64,000 bases of DNA from Chrysomallon squamiferum (Eukaryota > Animalia > Mollusca). Positions 1-14,029 of the stretch are shown here, in pieces (positions within the stretch are counted from its first letter, which is position 1; each line of letters opens with the position of its first letter). The stretch lies in contig CM022670.1 in NCBI GenBank assembly GCA_012295275.1, forward strand, positions 30,442,001 through 30,506,000, in the 5' to 3' direction. The position numbers and the translations under genes are program-made. A model generated the notes under the pieces. The model saw nothing but the letters and a program-made list of their open reading frames with translations. It was not told where the DNA came from and searched no databases.

Positions 1-739
1 TTTATTTATTTATTTATTACTGTTTTCCTTAATTATCTGAATAAAATTTAAAAATAAATTATGTGTTTATTCTTTTATTAAAAATCATAAGGGTCTAATT
101 AATTAGAAATATAAAAACAATTTTATATCAGTGTAGGTGGCTTAGTTAAACACTGTTATATCATCAAGGAAAGAATGTTTAGGAAGCTATAATATAATTT
201 TATTCTAATGATCGTGTTAGTTATAAAAATAAAAAGAATAAAAAGCTTACCCCGTCACATCCACACACAGAAAGAGACAAACACACATTCACAGATACAA
301 AATACACACACACACACACAAACACAAAAATAAATACATGCATACACAAACACACATGTTAAAATTATGTGTAAGAAAAAAAAAAATACACAAAAAAAAA
401 AAAAAAAAAAAAAAGAAATATTAAACATTTATGGTAGCAATAATTTTGCACAATCCACAATAAAATGTTCAAATGATATAGTTTATTACTGTTTGTCTTA
501 CCAGCAGTGCAGCATAACCCTAATGAAATCGCAAACTGATTTTAAGCAACAAACATTTATCTTCTTCTTTTTTTATCTTTTTTATTTTTAATTTCAGTAA
601 CCAAAATCTATATGAAAAACAGAAAAAATAATATAGGAAAAAGAAACTTTACAAATTTTTAAATTTATGAATATACTCTTGTGTATGATATAAAACCTGT
701 TACATTCAGATATACATTGTTATATGATATGAATTTAAA

Positions 740-1200
740 GAAACCATTATTCATTCTAGAATTTATCTTATCACCAAAAATATTAATTATTAAAATGAAA
801 TAAAGAATAAAAAGTTTACTGCTTAAAACGTCTTTAATATAATGAATTACAATCTGGGTGGTTGGATCAGATAGAAACAACCATCTTTCTTTATCATTTG
901 AAGTTTAACTATTAAACAAAATAAAAATGAAAAACATTGATGAAATCTTCTTCACCATAATGAATTAAAAATTGAGTGGCTGGCTGTCAAATAACAATAG
1001 TTTGAATAATAAGAACCATCTTTTTTCTCTATAATTATGAAAATTAATTATTAAAACAAATTATATTGTTAAAAAATTCTTTGCTATACTAAAATAAAGA
1101 CTGTATGGTTTGGATTAATATCTTTCTTTCTGTTAAATGAAGATTCATTATTAGACAAATAAATAAGAAGTTATTATTGAAAAATCCTTTACACAATGAA
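740..1200. repeat. Degenerate tandem repeat, about 120-135 bp unit, 3-4 copies
   Basis: Recurring blocks resembling AACCATCTTT, TATTAAA..AAATAA and TGG(T/C)TGG at regular spacing. Confidence 0.5.
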
Positions 1201-1718
1201 CAACAGTTTTTCTTTTAATAGCCACAATCTTTCTTTTTTCTTAGAGTACATTATAAAGACATGCTTAAAAGCACTTTGATCTTATAGAAAAAGTTCTTGA
1301 TAAAAAATACAAGAAACAAGCATGTGTAACTGAGAATGGTAAATTCTGTGAACATGACATAAACATAGATAAAAACCTATATCATACCTATACTGCATGG
1401 TTTCAACAACACTTGACTGTTTGTTCTTTCAACACAAGAGTGGGTACCAGGGTGAGTCATGATGTAAGTTTTTTAATCAGCCAGCCTTGCCAAATTTTAT
1501 GTCACTTTTCTTTAAGTGTTTGTGTGAGTGTGTGTATGTGTGTATGTATGTATGTGTTTGTTTGTGTGTATGTATGTGTTTGTTTGTGTGTGTGTGTGTG
1601 TGTATGTGCACTTCTTATAACTTCACTGGAGTAAATTAAAAATGTCACAAAATAAAAATATAAATAAATAAATAACATAAAATAAATCATATCATTAATG
1701 TCTTTAAATTTTGTTTAA

Positions 1719-1882
1719 GGTACATTCACACAAAATAACAAGTTACACAAAATTATCACTTGTGGTTCAACAGTGCTGTGAGAATACACAGATCATGAGA
1801 TTAATGTTGTGATATCACTGTTCTCTTTGTATGTTATGTGTTATCACAGCTGGTATTATAAATCACATAGTGTGAACATACC
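1719..1882. mobile_element. Small TTAA-flanked MITE (superfamily unresolved, Kolobok/Harbinger-like)
   Basis: TIRs GGTACATTCACAC / GTGTGAACATACC, with TTAA on both sides. Confidence 0.6.
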
Positions 1883-2429
1883 TTAAGCAAAAAGTAACAA
1901 AACAACACTTTAATGTAATTTTGGGGGAAAAGTAATATAAATCAAAGATGTCTATCTATAAATCATTTTTTGCTTCATTAGGTTATATCTGAAACAGATT
2001 TTCTTTTTAATTTTTTAATTTATTTACTTATTCATTCATTCATTCATTGTTATTGTTATTGTTATTATTATCGCCATCATCATCATTATTACTATTGTCT
2101 ATTATATGTATACGTATATAAAGTGTTTTTTAATAAATAAAAATTTAGATATATCAGATATCCCCCATTGTCAAGAAAGTTGCCTGAGTGTGATGAAATG
2201 TGATAGTTTATGATTTAAGGTAAGTGGGCTCTTTGGCCTCAGACACTAAACACAGATTTGATTTTCTGCCCTAGCTGTACCTCTAATGGAAACCTCACAA
2301 AAGCATACAATCATCTTTTTATGATTCTTTTGAAATATCTTTTCATACAGCTCAGTTACCATTATGTGGTTGTTTTTATTTAAACAAGTCTTGCCATAAA
2401 AGAGATATAGACATTTTTTTGTACCTTGC

Positions 2430-2438
<9 letters not shown>

Positions 2439-2498
<60 letters not shown>
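2439..2498. repeat. (TG)n microsatellite
   Basis: Direct reading; representative of many CA/TG tracts (e.g. ~1520, 2770, 19340, 20060, 23230, 24380, 25020). Confidence 0.95.
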
Positions 2499-2502
<4 letters not shown>

Positions 2503-3444
2503 GTATTTCTTCATTTTTCAGTACAAATGGAACATGTGCTTCCAAGGGTAATAGAATTAAAAACTAGTAAAAATATTTCTGCATTATACTTTTGGTGATG
2601 GAAAATAATAGGAAATAATTTAAGAAAATCTGAATCTGCCACTGTAACAGATTATCTATAAATATATAAGAAAATAACAATAAAAATAATTACAAAATAT
2701 GATGGATGAAGATAGAAAATATGAAAATCATAACATTTCACATAATAAAATCAACATTTCACTTTCACTCAGACACACAAACACACACACATACACACAC
2801 AGAGATATACACACATGCACAGTCACACACACACACAGACACACACATACACAGACACACACGTACACATAAACATACACTCACATGTACACACACAAAT
2901 ACACTCACACTTACACATACAAATACACTCACACTTACACATACATAAAGGTAGAAAAATAGTTTATGAAACTAAGAACATGCCTTGAAAAACAAAACAA
3001 TATTTCTTTTACAAAAGCTAAGAATTTGTTTCTGAGATAAACTTTCTCTGATGTTACATACAAATCTGGCATAAGAAGATTTGAAATACCCAATTATATG
3101 CAAAATGGACAATAGCACAAGACTTGAGAAACTTAATCCACAAAATTAAGTGGAGTAGATGCTGACAACTCTTTTGGTATTGACTTTGACGATGTGAAAC
3201 AGTTTGTGCAGTTATATATGAACACCATAAGATTTTTCTGTTGTATATGGACTGAAAGAAAGAAATCTTATGTAGTTCATTTCTAGTTCTAGTAATTTAA
3301 ACTGAAAAATCAGGTCAATGGTGTTAGTAATACAAGAGTATTTGATGTTCTAACTGTAAACTATTAAAATTTACAAAAATATTTATAAAATTATATGTAC
3401 AAAGAAACTGAAAATTGAAATTATTTATAATATGTAGTTTTGAA

Positions 3445-3478
3445 ATACATACATACATACATACATACATACTTATAT

Positions 3479-3532
<54 letters not shown>
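3445..3532. repeat. (ATAC)n/(TA)n compound microsatellite
   Basis: Direct reading. Confidence 0.9.
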
Positions 3533-3536
<4 letters not shown>

Positions 3537-3883
3537 TCTACTTATAGAAATTGCACATTGTAATAAAAAGGAAAAGAAATGTTGTTTTTTACTAGTTTTA
3601 AAACAAACCAAAAAACATTTCTAATAACAGTAACAGTAATAATAAAATTAATAAACAAAACAAAACAAACCAGGCAAAGACATCCCATATCCTTATAAAA
3701 AAACCTCCACAAAAAAACAAAGAAGAAAAAATAAAAATAAAAGTCTTGGATATACAAATAAAACAAACCCCCCGTTTTCAAACCCCCCAAATCAAAGAAC
3801 AAACAAACAAAAATTAAAAAATTAAAAATAATACAAAATTTAAAAATTTGTTATACGAAACAAAACCAAGGACAGTTCAATTA

Positions 3884-5003
3884 CCGTATATACTTGTGTA
3901 TAAGTCGAATTTTTGGGAGACTATATTAAGGTAATATTTTGGGGGTCGACTTATACATCATAGGTAATGCTTTTGTAGCTGTTGCTGAAGAGTTGCCATT
4001 TTGACTATTTTTTGCTATGGGATGCATCTAAAATAATCGCGGTCTTTCAGCTTTTCAAAAATATAATGTTATCGTATAAAACATTTTGAAAAATTAAATA
4101 ACAAAACCAAATATGAATGTAAAACATGATATTCTTCCATTTAATCACATAAAAATACATTTTAAAGCGAGAAAACTGTCAGTACGGCGTTATGCCTTAC
4201 AGCGTCTTGCAATGATCTAGGAATGCAGACTTCTCTGCCAAATTGCACTAAATATCGGTCCTAATTTCATAAACAAAACTCACTTGTGTAATTGTAAACA
4301 ATTTGGTGAAATAATATTGCAATCGTCATTAATATCCACTACCGACAAATCGAAAAGAAACTAAATTTCTATAAACGTTCTTCAACAAAAATCAGTGCAA
4401 CTTCTTGCCATATTTGTTATTATAGTCGGTTGCCAAGTGCATGAAGCCTCGGCCAATTAGCATGCTAGGAATAGGATCGGGGGCGTGTCTTGTAGCAGAG
4501 TTTCGATAGAAAAAAATATTGCTGAGGTTCCGAAATTATCTTACTTTGAATTGCACGTTCATGTAAAATACCGGTAATAAATAATAAAGCAACACATCTT
4601 TTGGAATTTATCTACAAAATTTAATTAAATACTGAATTACGTGTAATGGCCATAAAATTTTGTAAATCATAGAACGGCTAAATATAACGGTTAGTTAGGT
4701 CTCCATGTTAGACCTATTACATTAAAGAGATACTATTTATGATACATTTAGGCTATAGCTCGTGTAATACATGCATTTACGTTATTATGGTATGTTCGTG
4801 CAAGTTACAGCTCGTGCAAGTTATGTTACAGTAGGCGTACAATGTAGGCCTTCATGGCACTGTCACACTGGTCTAAAAACAGTGACGGTGCCTGGAATCT
4901 ACAGTCGACTTATACACAAGTAATACCTAAAATGATGCAATTTTTGGTCTTAAAATACACATTGACTTATACATAAGGTTGCCTTGTACACAAGTATATA
5001 CGG
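3884..5003. mobile_element. Non-autonomous Tc1/mariner-superfamily (pogo-like) element, 1120 bp
   Basis: TA target duplication. TIR CCGTATATACTTGTGTA(T/C)AAG at both ends. Subterminal GACTTATAC repeats. CpG-richer than the host intron. Confidence 0.88.
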
Positions 5004-5915
5004 TAATAAAAAAAATGAATGAATCATGATTTGAGTAAAATTTAAACAATAATAAAACATTTATTTAAATATAGTTACTGACAGTTGAATATGCAGTCTG
5101 TCTTTCAAGAATATTGATTTGCATGATTTAATAAATTTAACAGTCAAAAAAAAAAATAATAATAATAATAAAATAAATAAATAAATAAATAAAACAACTA
5201 TACTAAGGAAAAAATATATGTTTTAAAAATTGCACATACATACAAAGAAAAGAAAACTGAATAAAGGCAATAAATCTTTGTAGCAACTGTACAAATGTAT
5301 GTGTGGATGTGCTCAGAAACAAAAAAAATTGAAACATATATATATATATATTGGTAATGTTAATATTTTACAAAAATTATCAAATGTATTGAGAATCTGT
5401 TTTGCAAGCCAAAAAAAAAAAAAAAAAATCAACAAAATTCATGTATTAATAGGAACTATTACCATAATTTGATGAAAATATTCAGTTCTGGATGGCTATC
5501 TCTATTTTAATCATGACTGTTTAATTGAGTAGGAATATCATTTACTGTTTATAAAATGATGTAGAAATCATCTTATTTTCATTAGTACTTTAATTTTATG
5601 TACTGTATTATATTTAGTTTTGAACATTTTTTATTGATATAATTTTTCATTAAAATAGCTAATCTGAATTATTCTATAACTGTTAATCTGAATTTTATTA
5701 CAACTGCTAATTTAAGAATCTGAAAATTTACACATTTCACAAGTAACACATTTCAATGTAAATGTCTTTCAATGGTGTTAAATCCATGATCACTTATTTA
5801 AGAATGATATGGAATATAATCTGTTGGGTGCATTGAAAATGATTGGTCCTGGGACATTTATGCTGAATATATGCTCTAACCACTGAGCCAGTTAGAAACT
5901 AAACAAGCATCTCAC

Positions 5916-6026
5916 CTTCTTCTTCTGCTGCTGGTCTCTTTGGCTGTGATTTTTAACATGTTTGCGAAGTGAACTTGGGTCTGTGTATCGCTTGTTGCAA
6001 CTTGGATACTGGCATGCATAGGGTTT
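5916..6026 (-). CDS. GLIS3: GLIS exon, zinc finger 5 ([37 protein letters not shown])
   Basis: Not in the ORF track. 111 nt, phase 0/0, acceptor TTCCAG and donor [16 protein letters not shown] signature. Confidence 0.96.
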
Positions 6027-7179
6027 CTGGAATGTGAAAAAAAAATTCATTTAAAAAATTTTTAAGTAAATTAACTAGTTGAGATGTTTATTTAGTTTTT
6101 GAAATGAAAAAATATAAATAGAGGATTGAAAATGAATAGTTAAAATTTTGTTAATATACTAGTTTTCATACAGTGCTTATTTAAATATACTTTAATATCT
6201 CTTATTGTATAATTGTATAAAAATACTGTGACATCTTTTTGATAATAAATTAAGTTCTGAATCCAGGAAACACTCAAAGAATACAAACATCAAAAATGAT
6301 GGCATGATACAATCTTGCATAGATAGGAAATAATTCTGTATGTAATTTTGAGATTACATAAAAAAAGACAATACATTTTTTATTTTTTTTGTTTCGTGAT
6401 TTTTCAACAAAAATATCATTCAAAATACAATCCTGATTCATATTTTAAAGATAACATCTATATAATCTGATAAAATAAATAATAATAACAGCAACAGAAA
6501 ATATAAATAAATAAATAAACAAGAATAACAAAAAACCCAGACAATGACAGTTGTTATAAAACAAAATATCTGCACAAACAATTGCATGATTGCCTCAAAG
6601 TCTAGTGAAAGTGTTATAACGTATCTCTCTGTTATTAAAACAGTATTTCAGAACTGACAAAGTCATTGGCCTACGAACATCATACTTGACTAAACATGGA
6701 CATATGTTTGTTTAAGGCTATAATGTATTATAGCTGCATTCTTTCATTAATTATTTTAACTTATAAACATAAACACACTTGCCAGGGCTACAAGAAACAG
6801 GTTAATTAATAATAACAAAAGTGTTTTTAAAGAAGAGGAAAACTGTCACAACATAATGCTATAAAATAGAGTTAAACTTTGGAAGATGCTCACACAAATG
6901 TGTTATTTTTAATTACTTTATAATTTGTTTTAAATACTTACTGTATACTGGTTTATAATATTTATTTATTAACTGTCAGGCTTTAAAATAAAGATTATAT
7001 AGTATACCAGAGTTTCCGGGCAGAAAAAATAAAATACAAATACTTTGAATAACACTTACAATAGTAAAATTATTATTTCTGTATTCTGAGAGAATGAATG
7101 AATATTTGTCATATATCATATCAACACACTTCTTTCTGAGTGTTATTAAGCACCACTGCTTTTGGTGGGTTTTTTAATA

Positions 7180-7270
7180 ATGAAAGGAGAAAGGGCACTC
7201 ATTGCCACTATTTTATGGCTGCTCTTACTAGCCAGCAGGAATAGACAGTTTGTTTGTACCTTCCCATAGA
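7180..7270 (+). mobile_element. Possible degraded SINE core fragment
   Basis: GGCTGCTCTTAC..AGCAGGAA..TGTACCTTCCCATAGA resembles, from memory, a widespread molluscan SINE core. No A/B boxes seen. Confidence 0.3.
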
Positions 7271-8724
7271 TTCAAAATCAAATCTCAAAACATTTTAAAA
7301 CCTTTATTTATTCCACACAACCTGGTTTGGGAAACATTTTAACAGGTATACAGATAAATATTTATATTGCAATCCTTAACGTATCTGATCTGTGCCTAAT
7401 AACTGAACAGAGTGTTTCAAACCTACAGACCAAAGAAAAGATACAAATCTACACAACTGTAATGCTTCATTAAAATAATCAACAATAATTATAGTGTTTT
7501 CATCAGCCTCATATGTTCACAACTGGAGCTGTTTAATTGTGAAGTTTCTGATACAAAAGGTTTTTGTTTTTTTAAGACCCAACTCAAATAAATTCAAAAA
7601 AAAAAAATAATAATTTCTTTTATTTATGCTTCAGTAAAATAATTCAAGATTTATTCTTGATCTTTACAAACTACATGTTTAAAGCAACAATTATATTCTG
7701 TTCTTAAATAAACTGCTTTTGTTTTGCAGGTTTTTTTGTGGGTGGTTTTATTTGTTGTTATTTATTTTTTCAGACTTGATATTCATTTTATGGGATATGT
7801 TATTAAAGAAAAAATGTGTGTAGGCTTAGTTCATTTTATTTGCTGCATTCAAGTTCAGATATGCAAAGACTACATGTTAACCATTACAGAGACATTAAAA
7901 TATATATTGGTGATAATGCTACATAATAGTAGTTTGTTGTTAAATGATCCTTCTGTGTACAACAGTGTCAATTACATACCTTCCATTTACAACTAATTAT
8001 ATCATCTTTAATAAAATTTGTCATAATTCACAGATCTAGAAAAACAGTTAAAACAAAAAAGTTACCGTTCTTAAATAGTGTGAAGACTTATTGTCAGTAA
8101 CAGCCACATAAAAACATTTGACCAATTTAGCTATAAAAATAAAACATTTGCTTTTAGATTTATGTCTCCTCTCTTTTAATGTATTGTGCTACATTTGAAC
8201 AGTATTTTGAAACTCTAGCCTTGACAAAACAGTCTGACTCATACAATAATGACCTATAGTGACATTTAATTGAGAAAATTTATAACTCCATATGAAAACT
8301 GTTGGAATATAATAATGTTTGTAAGATGAAATGAAATATTGGTCATAAGCAATATCCAGGATAATTTTAATAGCATTAAAGAAAAAAAAACATGTTTTGC
8401 ACATTTCTCAAGTGAATTGTGCATAATAATTAAATGTGTGTTACATCAAAGGTTCGTGTCATTTGCAATTAAAGATTTAGATCTGGATTTAGCAATGTTC
8501 ACATGCAGAAAATCCCATCAGGTTTTCAAGTCTTCTGACAAGGAAAAATAAATGTATTTCTTTTATTTTTTGTTTTATTGCTTGTACCAGTTCACATTAA
8601 TCTAACTGTATTTTTGGGTAGTCGAACTCTCACAAATATCACTGTTTGCTACAGTAGTACAAGTAGTAGTAGCAGTAGTAGTGGTGGTGGTGATAATGGT
8701 AGTAGTGGTAGTAATATATATATC

Positions 8725-8760
<36 letters not shown>

Positions 8761-10083
8761 AATTACATTAAAAATACTTTTTTTAATCATTTTTTTAATC
8801 TCACATTTCCATCTCGTGTATCCTTTTTGGGAAAAAAAATGTTATCAATAGTTCTATTTTAAATATATTTTTTTAACATTCAAATTATAAACTGTTTTTA
8901 TACATTTCCAAATTCTTCACTACTCTTATATACATATATATATATTTATATTTATATTTCTGTGTGTGTAAATAAAATAAAAGTAAACAAATGTGATAAA
9001 ATAAAATTTAAATAAAATTAAAATGAATGTTAAAATCAATTTTAAAAAAAGATTTAAAAAAAAAAAAAATTTGGAATAAATAAAAACAAGAAAAAAAGGA
9101 ATGCATTAATTTAGTAATATCTTGTTCATATGCTTATTTCTGATGTCTATTTATTTACGAATAAGATTATTAATGTTGCAGTGAATGTAATCTTCAATGA
9201 CTATAATTTAAAAATATACTTATGGTTTTTTAATAATAACAGCATATTAAGTCAAGAATAAAATACCTTTGAATGTTTAATTTAATCCATATTTCAGATA
9301 AACAATATCTCTAAAATGTCTAATCATTACATGACCTCTTCAATGGTTTACCATCTAGTCAGAAAATCAAATGTGTTTTATTAAAGACTTTCTTAAGTGT
9401 TTTACTGGCTTTGAGAAGGTTTATAAAAAATATTTTTTACTGCTACCTGAAAAAATAGCCACTTAACTGTAACAAAGGGGTTTCTTTGCACATTTTTTAT
9501 TTAATCATTAATCATTTAAATTATACATAATTTAATAGAAGAAAGGCATAGATTGAAAATTTATTGACTATACTATTATACAAAATATTTCTTTCACATA
9601 AAAACTAAAAATCTCTTCCTTTGGTGACAGCAGTTTTGGAACATAAAGGATGTGATTTAGCCACAGACTTTGTAAGTTAAAAATACATTTTTACATTAAA
9701 AAAATGTTTGTTTTCAGTGACAGCAACATCTGGGGAAAATGGGATATGATTTAGCCTTAAATTGGAATAGATTGCAAATGTAATATTATAATTTATGTTT
9801 TTTCCTTCAAACTAAAGTAGTTTTTTTTACAAAAATAAAACAGAATAGTTTAATCACCAGAAAATGTATTATTATATAAATTTCTTCCTTCAATGAGAAC
9901 AATTTCTGAATGTATAGGATATAATTTAACCATAGACTAAATAAGTGTAAATGTGCTGGTATATTAACTATTTTATTTTCTCTGCAGACTACCATTTAAA
10001 AATGTTCAGAAGGTGTCATTGACATAAAAAAAAAAAAACTTTCTTTAGTGATTAAATTGGGGGGGGGGCAAATAATGACTTAC

Positions 10084-10245
10084 CGTGTCTAAATGTGTTC
10101 TCTGATGTTTGGCACGATCAGAAGAGTTACTAAAGGCTTTAGTACAACCATTGTGTTGACAAACATATGGTCGTTCTCCTGTGTGTGATCGTAGATGAAT
10201 CTTGAGGTTTTCAAGTCTTGAGAAGGCCTTGTTGCAACCTTCAAA
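10084..10245 (-). CDS. GLIS3: GLIS exon, zinc fingers 3-4 ([54 protein letters not shown])
   Basis: 162 nt, phase 0/0, CAG acceptor and GTAAGT donor. Near-invariant GLIS finger sequence. Confidence 0.97.
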
Positions 10246-10484
10246 CTGAAAAAAACAATAAAACAAACATCATATTAAAATAAATTCATCATAGAATCAG
10301 TGAAAAGATGTGTGACAAATTGTCAATAAAAATCAATTATAATAAATATTAAAATGTTAAATGTGTTTATATTCTTGAACAATGGAGATAAAAGTGAATT
10401 ATAATCTATGTTTTATGTATTAATTATGAAAGAGGATAGTACATTATCTTTAGCTATTATTGTATCATACATTCAGTATCTTTG

Positions 10485-10526
<42 letters not shown>

Positions 10527-12169
10527 TAATATATGCATATTATTAAGATACTTTGATACATTATATACCATATTTTAATTAAAATTGTATTATAACAATA
10601 TACCAGTTATTAACCATTTGCCATTTCAAGTTTTCCATTAAGTGAGAACTTACATGACACATGAATTTATCATATTAATGGAAGAAAATATTTTAACAAA
10701 GGACCTTCTTTGTCAGTTTTGTCAAAACATAATGACCTCTAGCCCAAATCAAGACTTGTCAAAAGAACCCTTAAATTTTCTGTTAATTTATTTAGTGGCA
10801 GCAGTTCAGTAACATCTATAAAACATCTTCAAATAAAGAACATCCATGGTTTATTTTTTTCATCCATCAGAACATAAAGCTGCAAACATTAGATATGACT
10901 GCTACACATGTAATTTCACACAATTAGTTATAATTTGTAATAAAAGCAAAACAATCATGAATTTTAATACATGAGCTGACTCTTTATACTAGCAAAAGTC
11001 CACCAACATAAAGCTTTAGCTGAAACATAGACAATCCAACTATTCCAAAATGGAATTATTTTCTTTCTCAAGCAGCAAAGTCTGCAGTATGTGATGTGGT
11101 GCATATGAAAAATGTAATACTTATAAAACAGCTTTTACACACAATAGAAGTAATAATCCTATGATGGGAATGCATTTAAAAATTCTAATCAAAAATAAAA
11201 CACACGAAATTATGAAATCATTAAAGTCTGAGTCATAAACATGAATAAGTTACCAAACATTTTTGTCTTTGTTTTTCTTTCTTTTAACAAAAAAAGGTCA
11301 TTTCAGAACATCTTTTATAAATATGTTTGGCCATTATGACTGAAAGATGAGTTTTAGCTGAAAGGAATAATACTAACAAAAATGCCTGCACCACTTTAGA
11401 TATGAGATCACTTAACACCAAAATGGTCTTAACAGAAAGGCATTATAGCTTAGTACTTGACAGATTATGGTGAATGTGTCAAACAGCAAGCAATGTCTTC
11501 AATGAGGTAACTGCATTATAAACAGGCAATCAAGCAATAGATTTCCCACTTTTGTCCTCACACAAAAACATACCTCGAGATCCAACTGAGGTGGCAAGAC
11601 TTATAGCATAACCCAAGAAACATTTGTTTTGTTGTTGTTTTTTTCCTTATTTCCATTTATCCTTGCTGTAGGTTTGTTATGATGTTCCTAAACAAAACTA
11701 TTCAACATGCTCAATGGATGACATGTATTTGTTATGGGTATCAAACCTATGGCCATTTGTTGTTGTGCAGTGACAGTGACTCAATAGAAGTAACCTCAGT
11801 TGTAAATGAGAAGCTGAAGTCAATGATTTTATAACTATATTCTAGAAAAAGCTGGAAGAATAGCTTTAGCTATTAATGTGATGTTTGACAAACTAATTTA
11901 TGTAATACTATATTACAGGTGATAAATAACCATAAAGAAAGGTTTATAAATCTTTTATATGTTTTTTGTTTGTTTTTTTCTTCTTTTTGTTGTTGTTGTT
12001 TTTTTATTTCTTCTTCCTCACTTCTTTAATATCATTCAGTTTTCTTTCCTTCCCTCTATATTTCAATTTTCATTATTATTCTTTAAAAATGTTAACTTAA
12101 TGTCATTACTTTAAATAAATTTAAAATAAATTTCCCAAAATAGAGAAGACTTTAAAATACTGTTGGTAA

Positions 12170-12202
<33 letters not shown>

Positions 12203-12481
12203 TTAAATTTTACTACTTCTACTACTACTATTATTAATACTAGTACAAGTGGTATGGACCATCAGTTAAACATTCACAATGTTTGGCTGACTGCATAAAT
12301 GACATCCTTATGCAATCAAGGTATCTCAAAAAAACAAAAACAAAAAAGATTAAAATGTTCTGCTTCTTCATAGTCATCAGTTATGATAATAAAAATACAA
12401 AACCAAAAAAAAGGGTGAAAAAAAAATAATGTTAATATTAATAACCAACAACAACAAATACAATAATAATAATAATCTTAC

Positions 12482-14029
12482 TGTGCACTTGTTGGGCTTC
12501 TCTCCAGAATGAACCCTCATGTGAATGAGGAGTTTGTAGCGTGCGTTGAATGGACGGTATCGGCGCTGACACCCAGCCCAGAAACATGTAAAATCCTCAC
12601 CCTTCCTTTGGTCTATGTGGACTTTTTCTATATGACGAACAAGCTCTTCTTGCTCCTTGAACAAACTGTTACAGTCAATCCAACGACATATATGATGCTT
12701 CTCACCACTCTCATCATTTTCAAAGTCTTCAGAATTGTTTGTTTGATTATGTGATGTTGGAATATTTGAAAAGACAGGCTGTTTGCTGCTGCTGATGTTG
12801 ATGATGATGTTGATTTTGCGTCTGAGTGTTAGTAATGTGCTGTTGCTGCTGTTGCTGCTGTTGCTCTATGGCCTGATCATATGGAGGAGGTGCTTTGTAT
12901 GGAATCCTACTTCCTATGCTTGTTCCAAAAGCACTGCTCATGTCAGAATTCATGTTAACATTCATGTTACTGTTCATGCTGCCATTAATGTTTGTTTCCA
13001 TGCTACCATTTATACCATTGTTCATGTAATTGGGAAGTGATGGCTGTTGCATTGTAGGGTTATTCGCCATGTGAGACTGAGACATATTCATCAGGTAATT
13101 CTGTTCTATGTAAGGGATTTCATTTTGAGGGGCCACATACTGATTTGTCATCAGATCAGCAAAGCCATTGCTCTCTGCTGGACCCATGTGAAAATAATCA
13201 GAGTTCTCCTGTTTGATTCCCATGGCCATGCTCTGTGGAGTGAAGCTAGCAAGTCGGCTGCCGCCTGATCCATTGGCAGAATAAGGACTGTTGCGGGCTG
13301 ACAAATGACAAAAAGACCCTGGCATCATACCAGGCTGAGGAGAAACACTTGTTGATGACCCTCGAGAATTATTAAGGTAACCAACAAGAGAGGTTGGTGA
13401 GATCCGAATTATCTGATTCAGATCCAGACCTTCAGAAATGGATGGTGAAATAGAAAGAGCTCGCTTCGAAGCTCCTCTTCCATGCATATTGGCTGAATTG
13501 TGTGGGCTTGTGTAAAATGAGGTGTAGGGTGACATGTTGGCTACCTGGTACGGAGACAGATTGGAGCTGTCTGGATAGTGAGATGTTGCACTTCCTGAGG
13601 GTATGTAGCTCTGTTCAGCCATTTCACTGTCCTCACTGCCACCATTTGTCACTGAATTAGTGCCTGTTGGAGTGACATTGGGCAGTGGTTTGTAATGCAT
13701 CCAATCCTGCTGTTTTGGAAGTGGCTCCAAGAAAACATGTTTATCTGAACTGGTACTGAATCCACCAGGAGTGCCTATCATGTTACGCTCATTTGACAGG
13801 ATGGATAATGTTGGTGTATGAAGACTGTGGCGAGGACTATTAGATGAACGGATGCTGGAAACTTCACTAGGAGTGGGTGTGTGTGTTTGTAGTCGATTTG
13901 GAAGGTGAAGATGAGAGTTGCTATTTTGAAGCTTTGATACCTGTGGATGCCGTAAATTTTGGCCAAAGATTCGACTGGTTCCAATGCCAATACATTGTGG
14001 CCCATAACCTCCATTCTGCACTCCAGGCT
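12482..14029 (-). CDS. GLIS3: GLIS large exon: conserved N-terminal region, polyQ/H tract, zinc fingers 1-2; contains a +1 frameshift near 12782
   Basis: Acceptor TTTCAG|AG and donor ACA|GTAAGA. The 424-aa ORF continues in the +1 frame as ...HICRWIDCNSLFKEQEELVRHIEKVHIDQRKGEDFTCFWAGCQRRYRPFNARYKLLIHMRVHSGEKPNKCT. Confidence 0.93.

Noticed and set aside
367-3802. Short ORFs with THTH, CVCV, YIYI or polyK content (also near 8.6, 14.7, 19.2-20.1, 24.3-25.4, 37.7, 40, 41.2, 43 and 61.6 kb)
   Set aside because: Translations of microsatellites and AT-rich low-complexity DNA, with no splice or homology support.
12782-12915. Cryptic intron that could repair the GLIS frameshift (donor GTAGGA, CAG acceptors in the polyQ tract)
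   Set aside because: No polypyrimidine tract, and it would delete the conserved PPPY motif.
12509-13268. Plus-strand ORFs over the GLIS large exon (also 20037-20342 and 53087-53434)
   Set aside because: Antisense shadows of real minus-strand exons.
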